Source: an uncultured Acidobacteriota bacterium (GTDB lineage Bacteria; Acidobacteriota; Thermoanaerobaculia; Multivoradales; UBA5704). Taken from it: a DNA stretch of 64,000 nt. Under the pieces are notes generated by a model. That model made no database searches. It was not told where the DNA came from and worked only from the letters and a program-made list of their open reading frames with translations. The stretch is from the NCBI GenBank assembly GCA_963700145.1, contig OY969474.1:2208001-2272000 (forward strand), in the 5' to 3' direction. This document shows positions 54,032-64,000 of this stretch, piece after piece (within the stretch, counting starts at the first letter, position 1; every line of letters begins with the position of its first letter). Both the position numbers and the translations under genes were made by a program.

Positions 54032-55198
54032 CTAGTCGGCGGCGGCGGGGCGGTCGAAGACCTTGCCGACCGTGCGCAGGACGAGGACGGCGGGCGCCAC
54101 CCGCTCGACCTCCACCTCCGCCGTGCCCGGCAGGCCGTGCTGCAGCGGCAGCCGGGAGCGGCGGTCCGGCCGCAGGGCGAGCTCGACGCGGATGCGCCCG
54201 TCGCGCGGCTCGCTGGCGACGCGGGCGACGCGCGCGGCCAAGTGCCCGTACTGCGCCGAGGGGAAGCCACTCAGGACGATCCGCGCCGGCTGCCGCGGCC
54301 GGATCCGGCCGAGGGCGGAGGCGGGCGCGAACTCGGCGATCCCCTTGAGGTCGCCCGCCGGCACCACCATCCCGAGCTGCTCGCCGGCGGCGACGACCGA
54401 GCCGACCCGCACCGCCGCGATCTCCGCGACGCGGCCGGCGACTGGCGCTCGGATCGCGCGCAATCCGACGTCGCGCTCCAGGCGCCGGACGGCGGCGCCG
54501 GCGGCGGCGGCCTGCCCGGCGAGCAGCGCCAGCTCGCGCTCCAGCTCGTCGACGTCGCCGCGCCGCTCGCCCTCGGTGCTCCGCTCCTCGTAGCCGAGGC
54601 GGTCGAGGGTGCGGCGCAGGGCATCGGCGGCGGCGCGCCGCTGCTCGGCCGCCGAGCGCGCCCTCTCCGCCTCGGCCGCCGGCACCAGCCCCTGGGCGAG
54701 GAGGCGCTCCTGCCGGTCGGCCTCCTGCTGCGCCAGCCGCGCCGCGGCCTCCGCCTCCCGGGTCTTGGCGAGCGTCTCCTCGATGCCGGCGCGGGAGGCG
54801 CCGAGCCGGCCGGCCAGCGACCGCCCGCCGGCCGCGATCTGCTGGCGCAGAGCGGCGATCTGCCCGGCGAGAGCGTCCCGCCGCGCCCGCTCCTCGTCGA
54901 GCCGCGCCCGCGGCTCCTCCGCCTCCAGCTCGATCAGGACTTGGCCCTGGCGCACCCGCTGCCCGAGCGCCGCCCGCACCGCCGCCACCCGCCCCTCGAC
55001 CGGCGCCGCCAGCGGATGCGCCTCGCGCCCCACCGCCAGCCAGGCGCGGTCCGTGACCTCGTACACCGACACCCGCCCGCGCACGAACCACACCCCCCAG
55101 GCGCCGAGCAGCAACAGCGCCGGCACCAACCCGGCGATCCACCGCCGGTGGCCGTCAACCTCAAGGGCGCGCAACGTGCGCGAGAACGGGCTGGGCAT
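54032..55198 (-). CDS. HlyD family membrane-fusion (periplasmic adaptor) protein
   Basis: N-terminal TM, APVEGRV..GQ.V..GQVL, coiled coil, IRAPVAGRV, LQHGLPG. Confidence 0.9.
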   Translation of the reverse strand: MPSPFSRTLRALEVDGHRRWIAGLVPALLLLGAWGVWFVRGRVSVYEVTDRAWLAVGREAHPLAAPVEGRVAAVRAALGQRVRQGQVLIELEAEEPRARLDEERARRDALAGQIAALRQQIAAGGRSLAGRLGASRAGIEETLAKTREAEAAARLAQQEADRQERLLAQGLVPAAEAERARSAAEQRRAAADALRRTLDRLGYEERSTEGERRGDVDELERELALLAGQAAAAGAAVRRLERDVGLRAIRAPVAGRVAEIAAVRVGSVVAAGEQLGMVVPAGDLKGIAEFAPASALGRIRPRQPARIVLSGFPSAQYGHLAARVARVASEPRDGRIRVELALRPDRRSRLPLQHGLPGTAEVEVERVAPAVLVLRTVGKVFDRPAAAD

Positions 55199-55354
55199 GC
55201 GAGTGCGGCAGCGTAGCACCGGCCAAGGTCAGCCCTTCGAGTCACCGCTCGTCGTGGGACGGCTCCAGAGAAGAATTGACCGCTTCGACGCGCGAGAATA
55301 GACTTGGCTATCCGTTGTCGTCATCGTCGCGTGCGCACACGCCGGGAGGCTCAC

Positions 55355-57463
55355 ATGATCTTGGTCAAGACGTCGCATCGCCGCGGCCTGTTTGCGTCGG
55401 CATGTGTGATCGCGTGTTTCTCGCTTGGCGGCATCGCGCTCGCGGGCGAGATTGATGGCGACATCGCCAACACGAACCCGATCAGTTGCGGAAGCAACCC
55501 GGCCGCCTCGATCGTCAAGGTGTGCAACACCGTGAAGAAGGTCTTTTCCTCGATCACCTGTCCGAGCGATAAGAATTCGTGTGTCAAGCCAAAGCGGGAG
55601 ATCTTCACAGGCCTGACCGTCGAGGGCGCGACGCCCACCAATATCAAGCCGTGGAACGGACAAGGCGGCGGCGGCGAGGTTTTCCAACTGGTCGGCGTCT
55701 GCTTGATGCGCGACCTGGCCGTCACACCCATGAAGTCGCATGCGGAGGCGACCATTGAGGTCGGGCTGACAAGCGCGACGGTCTCTGCGGACGGCCTCGT
55801 CTCTTACGGGAGGTTCGACAAGACCGATCTGACCAAACTGCGCTTCGAGGGCTTCCACAGCTTGCGCGCGCATGCGCCGATCATCGGCGACATCGACATT
55901 TTCACGCAGCCCTTCTCGCTGCAGACGGTCTCGCAGTCCCTCCAGGGCCAAGGGTTGAAGGTCGGCGGCTACGACGTCTATGGCGCACAGGCGCTCGAGC
56001 TCGAAGCGGTGGGCGGAGCCCAGAGGTTCGACTTCGCCCTCGATGCCATCAAGATCGTGACGCCCTACGGGACGATCTCGCCCCAGCCCCATGTCGGATT
56101 CGCGCAGGTCCTCGGCTGGAGCATGTCGCCCTATGGCGGCGCCAGCACGATGCTGCTCAATCCGGGCGCGTACCAAGTCACCGACGTCTATGGCCGCCTG
56201 GGCGGACAGAAGGTCGCGAGCGGCCTCAACGTCGTCAAGACGACAAGCGGCCCTGGCGGGCCGGGCTGCATCCCCGTCCAAATCAGTCCCGACAAGATCT
56301 GCCCCAATCCGGTTGGTTGGGACAGCCAAGTTCTCCTCGGCTCGCGCAACGTCAACCTCGATACGTCCATTGCGGTGAACACGCCTTGGACAGCGCCGCC
56401 CGGCGTCGCCTTTCCGGATCGGCCGGACGCCCAACCGCAGCGCGCACGCGGCGATGCCGAGAAGACACCCGGCGGTGCTGCGTCGGCCGGTATCAAGATC
56501 GAATACACGCCGCCCATTCCGCTGCCGGAGATACCGGCCCCTGTCGCGTTGACGGCGAAGCTGAGCGTGTTCGTCGATCCCAATATCGTCGTGCTCTACG
56601 GAAGCCAGTACAATCTGTGGAACGGACAAGTCGGCACATGGCTGCCTGGAGGCGTGCCGTTCGGCGCGCCGACCTTGGGTACGCCGGTCGACGTGCAAAG
56701 CCTACAGAGCATGGCGATCTATGCCGCCTCGACGGTCTATGGCCGCTTCGCGCTCGATGCCGGGGTCGACATCGTGCTCCACGTGCACATCACGCTGCCC
56801 AAGGTGTGCAGCCCCTTCGACTCCGACGAGTGCTGGCCGGACGACATCGACTTCGACATTGTCGATCTCCATCCGCGTACGGCGTTTCTGGAGAGCAAAG
56901 CCGGTGACACGGAGCCTTCGGAGCAAGCCGCCTTTGCGCTCGTCGACTCGCAAAACTTCGTCAAGACCCAGAAACTCTTCAGTATCTTCACACCGCTGAA
57001 TGGCACGCCCACCGACGGCGTCGCCTACATCGAGCAGTGCCTGAAGCAGGATGCGCCGGCGGCGCAAGATCCGCCCGAGAATCCCTACGTTCCGGGCGAT
57101 CCCCAAGCCCTCGTTGAAGTGATCGAGATGCCCTGCAATGTCTGCCTCGGCATGCCGGACATCAAGTATCAATACCCTCTCGAGTGGGACCCGGTCACCG
57201 CCCACGTGACGAAGTCGGAGACCCGCACGCAGGAAGGCTTCGGCATCAAGCAGCTGCCAGAGGTGACAGACGGGCTTGAGCCGGGTGATCAATGGCTATG
57301 CGCCTGGGTCCCGCAACTCGAGCGGGTCGTGAACTTGGGCTGCTACGACCAATGCCGGGTCAACAAGGCGACCAACACGTTCACGGTGATCGCCTCCGCC
57401 AAGACACTTTGGGCAGAAGGCAAGTTCACCGGCGAATCGTTGCCGCCCCACGGCTGCCTCTAA
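55355..57463 (+). CDS. Large secreted Cys-rich protein of unknown function
   Basis: GGAGG RBS; signal MILVKTSHRRGLF...IALA; 18 Cys; lower GC than flanks. Confidence 0.8.
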   Translation: MILVKTSHRRGLFASACVIACFSLGGIALAGEIDGDIANTNPISCGSNPAASIVKVCNTVKKVFSSITCPSDKNSCVKPKREIFTGLTVEGATPTNIKPWNGQGGGGEVFQLVGVCLMRDLAVTPMKSHAEATIEVGLTSATVSADGLVSYGRFDKTDLTKLRFEGFHSLRAHAPIIGDIDIFTQPFSLQTVSQSLQGQGLKVGGYDVYGAQALELEAVGGAQRFDFALDAIKIVTPYGTISPQPHVGFAQVLGWSMSPYGGASTMLLNPGAYQVTDVYGRLGGQKVASGLNVVKTTSGPGGPGCIPVQISPDKICPNPVGWDSQVLLGSRNVNLDTSIAVNTPWTAPPGVAFPDRPDAQPQRARGDAEKTPGGAASAGIKIEYTPPIPLPEIPAPVALTAKLSVFVDPNIVVLYGSQYNLWNGQVGTWLPGGVPFGAPTLGTPVDVQSLQSMAIYAASTVYGRFALDAGVDIVLHVHITLPKVCSPFDSDECWPDDIDFDIVDLHPRTAFLESKAGDTEPSEQAAFALVDSQNFVKTQKLFSIFTPLNGTPTDGVAYIEQCLKQDAPAAQDPPENPYVPGDPQALVEVIEMPCNVCLGMPDIKYQYPLEWDPVTAHVTKSETRTQEGFGIKQLPEVTDGLEPGDQWLCAWVPQLERVVNLGCYDQCRVNKATNTFTVIASAKTLWAEGKFTGESLPPHGCL

Positions 57464-57639
57464 GTGATCGAAGGGCGACCTTCACCTAGAACTCTCTCGC
57501 CGTCCGCTCCGGGCTGACCCGCTCCGCCGGGTAGCGGCGAGAGGGCTCCGCGAGCCGCTGCGGGGAATCCCGCGGCCGCCGGGATCAGCGCCTCAGGAAA
57601 CGGCTCTGAAAGACGCTAAACGTCGAAACGGAAAGGGGG

Positions 57640-57996
57640 TTACCAAGCGCCAGACGACAGAGAGGGGTGGAGCTTGAGGAGCCTCTTGGGAGCCGTGTTC
57701 CGCCAAGCCATCACGAGGGCGTCGTAGACGGTCGCCGCATCGGCGTTCTCGAGTGTCACGAACGTGGCCCCGCGCCTGCCCCAGCCGCCGGGAACCGGCG
57801 CGAACACCTCCGGCCGGGCGCGAGTGAGCGCTTCTTGCTCCTCGTGGATCAGTTTGACCATGGCCCTGCCGCTGTCGGGGTAGCCCAGCGTGGCGAAGAT
57901 CTTTCCGCGCACCCGGAAGTCGGGATGATCCATGTGAGACTTCTCGGTGGCCTCCGGCAGCGACAACGCGAGGCTGCGAAACTCTTCAGCGGTCAT
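57640..57996 (-). CDS. MmcQ/YjbR family protein
   Basis: ALSLPEA, HPDFRVRGKIFATL, GWGRRGAT. Confidence 0.88.
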   Translation of the reverse strand: MTAEEFRSLALSLPEATEKSHMDHPDFRVRGKIFATLGYPDSGRAMVKLIHEEQEALTRARPEVFAPVPGGWGRRGATFVTLENADAATVYDALVMAWRNTAPKRLLKLHPSLSSGAW

Positions 57997-58813
57997 CGAA
58001 CATCCCGCTGATCTCCCGATAGCTCACGGCTTCGTCCGCGAACGCGAAAGTGCCGTGCTCGCGCATTTCGCGGGCGGCGCGGAGGAAGGCGCCGAGGGCG
58101 GCGCGGGAGAGGGCGCTGCCGACGCTGACGCGCTTGACGCCGATCGCCGCCAGCTCCGCCAGGCTCAGCCGGCTGCCTTGCAGGCCCATCACGACGTTGA
58201 CCGGGCGATCGACGGCACGGACCACGGCGGCGATGTCGTCCTGGCTCGTCAGCCCCGGCGCGTAGAGGACATCAGCGCCGGCCTCCTGATAGGCCTGCAG
58301 CCGCTCGATCGTGTCTTCGAGATCGGGCCTGCCGACCAGGTAGTTCTCCGCCCGTGCCGTCAGCGTGAACGGAAAGGGCAGCGAGCGCGCCGCCTCCGCC
58401 GCGGCGCGGACGCGCTCGGCCGCCAGCCCGCGCTCGTAGATCGGCTCGCCGCCCGGGCGATTGGTGGAGTCTTCGATCGAGCCGCCGACCGCCCCCGCCG
58501 CCGCGGCCAGCCGGATGGTCTCCGCGGCCGTCCCGGGATCGTCGCCATAGCCGTTCTCGAGGTCGGCGCTGACCGGCAGATCGGTGGCCGCGGCGATCGC
58601 GCGCACGTGCGCCAGCATCTCGTCGCGGCCGATCGTGTTGTCCCGCTGCCCGACGGAAAACGCATAGCCGGCGCTGGTGGTCGCCAGCGCCTCGAAGCCC
58701 AGGCCCGCGAGGAGCCGCGCCGTGCCGGCGTCCCAGGGATTGGGGATGAGGAACGCGCCGTCCCGTTCGTGGAGGGCGCGAAAGACGCCGGCCTTCTCCG
58801 CCTGGGCGCTCAC
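57986..58813 (-). CDS. Isocitrate lyase/PEP mutase family protein
   Basis: GTG start; PNPWDAG, ATTSAG, SADLENG, IED, ARAE, AGAD. Confidence 0.9.
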   Translation of the reverse strand: MSAQAEKAGVFRALHERDGAFLIPNPWDAGTARLLAGLGFEALATTSAGYAFSVGQRDNTIGRDEMLAHVRAIAAATDLPVSADLENGYGDDPGTAAETIRLAAAAGAVGGSIEDSTNRPGGEPIYERGLAAERVRAAAEAARSLPFPFTLTARAENYLVGRPDLEDTIERLQAYQEAGADVLYAPGLTSQDDIAAVVRAVDRPVNVVMGLQGSRLSLAELAAIGVKRVSVGSALSRAALGAFLRAAREMREHGTFAFADEAVSYREISGMFDDR

Positions 58814-59298
58814 CACGGCTCGTCGGCCGTCGGCCCGTAGATCGACGGCAGCGGCACGTCGAGGAGCCGGAGGTACACGGTGAGCTGGCCGCGGTGGTGG
58901 ACGAGGTGGTTGATGTGGGTGCGCACCACCGTCCCGCGCGGGGCGGTGAAGAGGACCTGGCCGCCGCGCTTGAGCGACCAGGGGACCGTGAAGTCGGCGT
59001 CCTGGACCTCCGCCAGCGCCTCGCGCGTCGCGCGGACGTTCTTGTCGAACTCGGCGAGCAGCGTCTCCGTCGTCTCGAAGCTGTAGCCCGCAGTCCCCGC
59101 CAGGTCGAGCTCGGTCCCGCGGAGCGTGTTGGCCACCCAGCCCGGCATCCAGGCGACGAGCTGGGCGAGGTGCCCGAGGGCGAACGACTTGGGATGCGGT
59201 TTCCAGCTCCCCTTGTCGCTCGGCACCCGCTCGAGCAGCCGCCGCGTCGTCGCCATCTCCTGATCGAACTCGGGCAGCAGGGTCTCGGCGATGGCCAT
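58810..59298 (-). CDS. DinB/YfiT family protein
   Basis: GGAGG RBS; LA.H, HLVHHRGQLTVYLRL, YGP.ADE. Confidence 0.9.
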   Translation of the reverse strand: MAIAETLLPEFDQEMATTRRLLERVPSDKGSWKPHPKSFALGHLAQLVAWMPGWVANTLRGTELDLAGTAGYSFETTETLLAEFDKNVRATREALAEVQDADFTVPWSLKRGGQVLFTAPRGTVVRTHINHLVHHRGQLTVYLRLLDVPLPSIYGPTADEPW

Positions 59299-59360
59299 GG
59301 CGTTGCCTCCGTCCGCTAGCATAGCCGGGGTCGCGAGGACCTCGAATCGCGGGAGGACGG

Positions 59361-60776
<1,416 letters not shown>

Positions 60777-60795
60777 GGCGCCAGCGCGGGATCCG

Positions 60796-61866
60796 ATGGC
60801 CGCCGACCGCCGCATCCTGCACTGCGACATGGACTGCTTCTACGCCGCGGTCCACGTGCGCGACGACCCGTCGCTGCGCGGCCGGCCGCTGGTCATCGGC
60901 GGCCTTCCCGAGAGCCGCGGCGTGGTGGCGGCGGCGAGCTACGAGGCCCGCCGCTACGGCATCCACTCGGCGATGCCTTCGGCACGCGCCGTCAAGCTCT
61001 GCCCCGACCTCCTCTTCCTGCCCCCCGACTTCCGCCGTTACCACCGCGAGTCGGAGCAGATCTTCGCCATCTACCGCGAGGTCACGCCGCTGGTGCAGGA
61101 GGTGTCGATCGACGAGGCCTACCTCGACGTCAGCGACCACCTCGGCGCGGCCGGCACCGCCACCGCCGTGGCGCGCGAGATCCGCCGGCGGGTGCGCGCC
61201 GAGCGCGGGCTCACCGTCTCGGTCGGCGTCGGCCCCAACCGCCTGGTCGCCAAGATCGCCTCCGATTTCCAGAAGCCGGACGGCCTGACGGTGGTGCCGC
61301 CGGCCAAGGTGCTCGACTTCCTGGCGCCGCTGCCGGTGCGGCGCCTCCACGGCGTCGGGCCGGCGACCGAGCGGGCGCTGGCCGAGCTCGGCGTGACGAC
61401 GGTCGCCGAGCTGCGGGCGCTCGACGCAGCGCTCCTGGCCGCCCGCTTCGGCCGGCACGGCGACACCCTCTGGGAGTTCGCGCGCGGCATCGACGACCGC
61501 CCGGTCGAGCTGGAGCGCGAGCGGAAGAGCCTCTCGACGGAGACGACCTACGCCGCCGACCTGGTGGGCCTCGCGGCCGTCGAGGCCGAGGTCGGGCGGC
61601 TGGCCGCCGGCCTCGCCGGCGACCTCCGCCGCCGCAGCCTCGGCGCCTGCACGCTGACCCTGAAGCTCCGCTACGGCGATTTCACGACGATCACCCGCTC
61701 GCGCACCCTTGACCTCCCGACCTGCGACGAGCGCGCGATCGCCGCCTGCGCCCAGGATCTCCTCTCCCGCACCGAGGCCGCCACCCGCCCGGTGCGTCTG
61801 CTCGGAGTCGGCGCCTCGAACCTCGTCCGCGGCGAGGTCTGGCAGCTGCCGCTCTTCCAGGGCTAA
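60796..61866 (+). CDS. dinB: DNA polymerase IV
   Basis: HCDMDCFYA, SYEAR, SIDEAYLD, AKIASD..KPDG, C-terminal QLPLF clamp motif. Confidence 0.95.
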   Translation: MAADRRILHCDMDCFYAAVHVRDDPSLRGRPLVIGGLPESRGVVAAASYEARRYGIHSAMPSARAVKLCPDLLFLPPDFRRYHRESEQIFAIYREVTPLVQEVSIDEAYLDVSDHLGAAGTATAVAREIRRRVRAERGLTVSVGVGPNRLVAKIASDFQKPDGLTVVPPAKVLDFLAPLPVRRLHGVGPATERALAELGVTTVAELRALDAALLAARFGRHGDTLWEFARGIDDRPVELERERKSLSTETTYAADLVGLAAVEAEVGRLAAGLAGDLRRRSLGACTLTLKLRYGDFTTITRSRTLDLPTCDERAIAACAQDLLSRTEAATRPVRLLGVGASNLVRGEVWQLPLFQG

Positions 61867-62033
61867 GGCGCGAAGGCCTTCGCGCCGGGCTCCGATCCGG
61901 TGGCACACCCCTTGCTCTCTTCCCCGGCCACACAGGGCGCGGAAGGTGCTGCCAGTCCTAGAGCGGTCGCCCTGATTTCTCCAGCCGCCAACCGCTCGGG
62001 AAGCCTTCCGGGCCTTTCATGGAGGAAGCCGCC

Positions 62034-62198
62034 GTGTTGAGATGGGCACTGATCTTCCTGGTCGTCGCACTGATCGCCGCGGTCCTCGGCTTCGGTGGCA
62101 TCGCCGGTGGCGCCGCCGAGATCGCCAAGATCCTCTTCTACCTCTTCCTCGTCGTCTTCGTGATCTCCCTGATCCTGGGGCTGGTGCGGAGAGCCTGA
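62034..62198 (+). CDS. DUF1328 (UPF0391) small membrane protein
   Basis: GGAGG RBS, GTG; [35 protein letters not shown]. Confidence 0.9.
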   Translation: MLRWALIFLVVALIAAVLGFGGIAGGAAEIAKILFYLFLVVFVISLILGLVRRA

Positions 62199-63274
62199 AC
62201 CCCAGCGGCGGCCGCCTGCGCGACGCTTCCACGGGGCCGTTCTCCGTCCGCTCGGCGGCGCTGAGCGGCCTCTTCGTCCTCGCCTCCCTCTACACCCTCT
62301 ACTTCGCGCGCTCCTTCATCCTGCCGGTGGTGCTGGCGCTGCTGCTGAGCCTGGTGCTCCAGCCGCTCGTCCGCGGCCTGAAGCGGCTGCGCATCCCGGC
62401 GGGGCTGGGCGCTCTCCTGGTGCTGCTGGCGCTGCTCGGCACGCTGGTGGCCGCGGGCTACTACCTGGCGGGGCCGGCCATCGAGTGGATGGACCGCGCG
62501 CCGGGGAGCATGCGGACGCTCGAGACCAAGCTGCGCGAGCTCAAGGCGCCGGTCGAGCGCATCGGCGAGGCGACGGCGCGGGTCGAGGAGATGACCCAGG
62601 TCGGCGAGGAGGGGCCGCGGCCGGTGGAGGTCGAGAGTCAGAGCCTCGGCCAGCGCCTCTTCCAGAACACCTGGAACTTCGTGGCCAACGCCTTCCTGGT
62701 GCTGGTGCTGCTCTACTTCCTGCTCGCCGCCGGAGACCTCTTCCTGCTCAAGGGGGTGCGCGTCCTGCCGACGCTGGCGGACAAGAAGCGCGCGGTCGAG
62801 ATCCTGCGCCAGGTCGAGAGCGAGGTCTCGGCCTACCTCTCGACCCTCACCCTGATCAACATCGGCCTCGGCGCCGCGGTCGGGCTCGCCTTCTGGCTCC
62901 TCGACATGCCCAACCCGGTGCTTTGGGCGGTGATGGTGGCGCTGCTCAACTACATCCCCTACATCGGCGCGATTGTCGGCGCCGCGGTCATGGCGGTCGT
63001 CGCCTTCCTGACCTTCAAGGAGACCGGGCACGCGATGCTCGTGCCGCTCGCCTACCTGGTGATCAACTTCGTCGAGAGCTACTTCGTGACGCCGATGGTG
63101 CTCGGCCGCCGCCTGACGCTCAACCCGGTGGTGATCTTCGTCGGTCTGACCTTCTGGGGCTGGATCTGGGGCGTGACCGGGGCGCTCATCGCGGTGCCGC
63201 TCATGGTGATCCTCAAGATCCTCTGCGACCACAGCGAGCGGCTGGCGCCGGTCGGCGAGTTCCTCGGCTCGTAG
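62195..63274 (+). CDS. AI-2E family transporter
   Basis: [39 protein letters not shown]; start inferred at CTG overlapping upstream TGA. Confidence 0.85.
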   Translation: MNPSGGRLRDASTGPFSVRSAALSGLFVLASLYTLYFARSFILPVVLALLLSLVLQPLVRGLKRLRIPAGLGALLVLLALLGTLVAAGYYLAGPAIEWMDRAPGSMRTLETKLRELKAPVERIGEATARVEEMTQVGEEGPRPVEVESQSLGQRLFQNTWNFVANAFLVLVLLYFLLAAGDLFLLKGVRVLPTLADKKRAVEILRQVESEVSAYLSTLTLINIGLGAAVGLAFWLLDMPNPVLWAVMVALLNYIPYIGAIVGAAVMAVVAFLTFKETGHAMLVPLAYLVINFVESYFVTPMVLGRRLTLNPVVIFVGLTFWGWIWGVTGALIAVPLMVILKILCDHSERLAPVGEFLGS

Positions 63275-63309
63275 CGGAGACGCCCGCCGGCCGGTGCTAG
63301 TTTAGGGCC

Positions 63310-63834
63310 ATGACCGGCCCTTCCTCGATCTTCAACGACCAGTACCCCGATCCCCGGCGGGTCGAGACCACCCGGCTCGCCGACCAGCTCGAGCGCTCCT
63401 TCCGCGGCGGCGCCTGGCACGGGCCCGCCCTCGCCGAGGCGCTGGAGGGGGTCGACGCCGACGCCGCCGCGCACCGCAGCGCGGAGGGCGTCCACACGAT
63501 CGCCGAGATCGCCGGCCACGCGGCCTTCTGGATCGACGCCGCGCGCCGCCGGATGGAGGGCGAGAGCGTGACCGACGTGCCGCCGGAGGTCGACTTCCCC
63601 CGCGACGGCGCGGCCACCCCGGAGGCCTGGCGGCAAACCCTCGCCGGCCTCGAGCGGGCGCACCGCGGCCTCCACGCGGCGCTCTCGGCGCTCGACGACG
63701 AGCAGCTCGACGGCGCGGTGTCCGGCTCGGACCCCACGGTGCGCGGGCAGCTCCTGGGCATCCTGCAGCACAACGCCTACCACGCCGGCCAGATCATGGT
63801 GCTCAAGAAAGCGAGGGGCGGGAGCCCGCGATGA
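63310..63834 (+). CDS. DinB family protein
   Basis: GGAWHGP, HTIAEIAGH, HNAYHAGQI. Confidence 0.85.
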   Translation: MTGPSSIFNDQYPDPRRVETTRLADQLERSFRGGAWHGPALAEALEGVDADAAAHRSAEGVHTIAEIAGHAAFWIDAARRRMEGESVTDVPPEVDFPRDGAATPEAWRQTLAGLERAHRGLHAALSALDDEQLDGAVSGSDPTVRGQLLGILQHNAYHAGQIMVLKKARGGSPR

Positions 63835-64000
63835 CGCCCGTGGAGCAGCAGGTCGCCGAGCGGCTGCTGGCGCGGCGGCAGCAGCTCGCCGAGCTCGCCC
63901 AGGCGCGGCGGGAGCAGCGGCTCGTCGACCTGCTGCGCCGCGTCGACGGGGCGCTGGCGTCGCTCGAGATCGGCGACTGGGGGATCTGCGCCGTCTGCCA
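63831..64000 (+). CDS. DksA/TraR-type zinc-finger N-terminus (partial)
   Basis: ATGA overlap; ...VDGALASLEIGDWGICAVC truncated at window end. Confidence 0.65.
   Translation, partial: MTPVEQQVAERLLARRQQLAELAQARREQRLVDLLRRVDGALASLEIGDWGICAVC

Noticed and set aside
49192-55142. ORF-track calls of 1692 aa and 1274 aa for the ABC exporters
   Set aside because: The N-terminal extensions are off-frame shadows of upstream genes; the true starts are 51321 (GTG) and 54023 (ATG).
57490-57635. Hairpin-rich intergenic region as tRNA, riboswitch or att site
   Set aside because: CTCTCGCCG...CGGCGAGAG stem is present but there is no cloverleaf or riboswitch consensus; it lies between convergent genes, so a terminator-type structure is sufficient.

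Overview
This is a very GC-rich bacterial window. The gene content (GldAFG-like ABC operon, Acidobacteria-type VWA proteins, TIGR02999-like ECF/Ser-Thr kinase pair) suggests Acidobacteriota, possibly Thermoanaerobaculia; this is inference only. Most of it is housekeeping: nrdJ with NrdR boxes, methylmalonyl-CoA mutase, rlmD, carB, fumC and dinB, interrupted by accessory patches. The standout is at 45.5-55.2 kb. An HlyD adaptor and two ABC exporters (one with an intact C39 peptidase, one with a degenerate one) are followed by four tandem 16-codon ORFs missed by the ORF track. Each has its own Shine-Dalgarno and reads MRVKTTVKAGG plus a variable 5-residue core ending in Asp (VLIGD, IIFGD, VLLSD, RLLTD). 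A fifth, convergent ORF (MKTKTHVKAGG-ITASGAD) sits directly behind an ECF sigma factor and a Ser/Thr kinase-TPR receptor gene. This looks like an undescribed double-glycine micro-peptide export and signalling system, although the kinase copy here is broken by a frameshift and an apparent deletion of its TM segment. Other notable items: an unannotated CxxU SelW/Rdx selenoprotein with a SECIS-like hairpin, a lower-GC WD40-HEPN-like fusion, a ~480-bp structured dispersed repeat in two copies, a decayed 5' duplicate of an ECF gene, an archaeal-type GAPDH homologue, and 21/42-bp tandem repeats.
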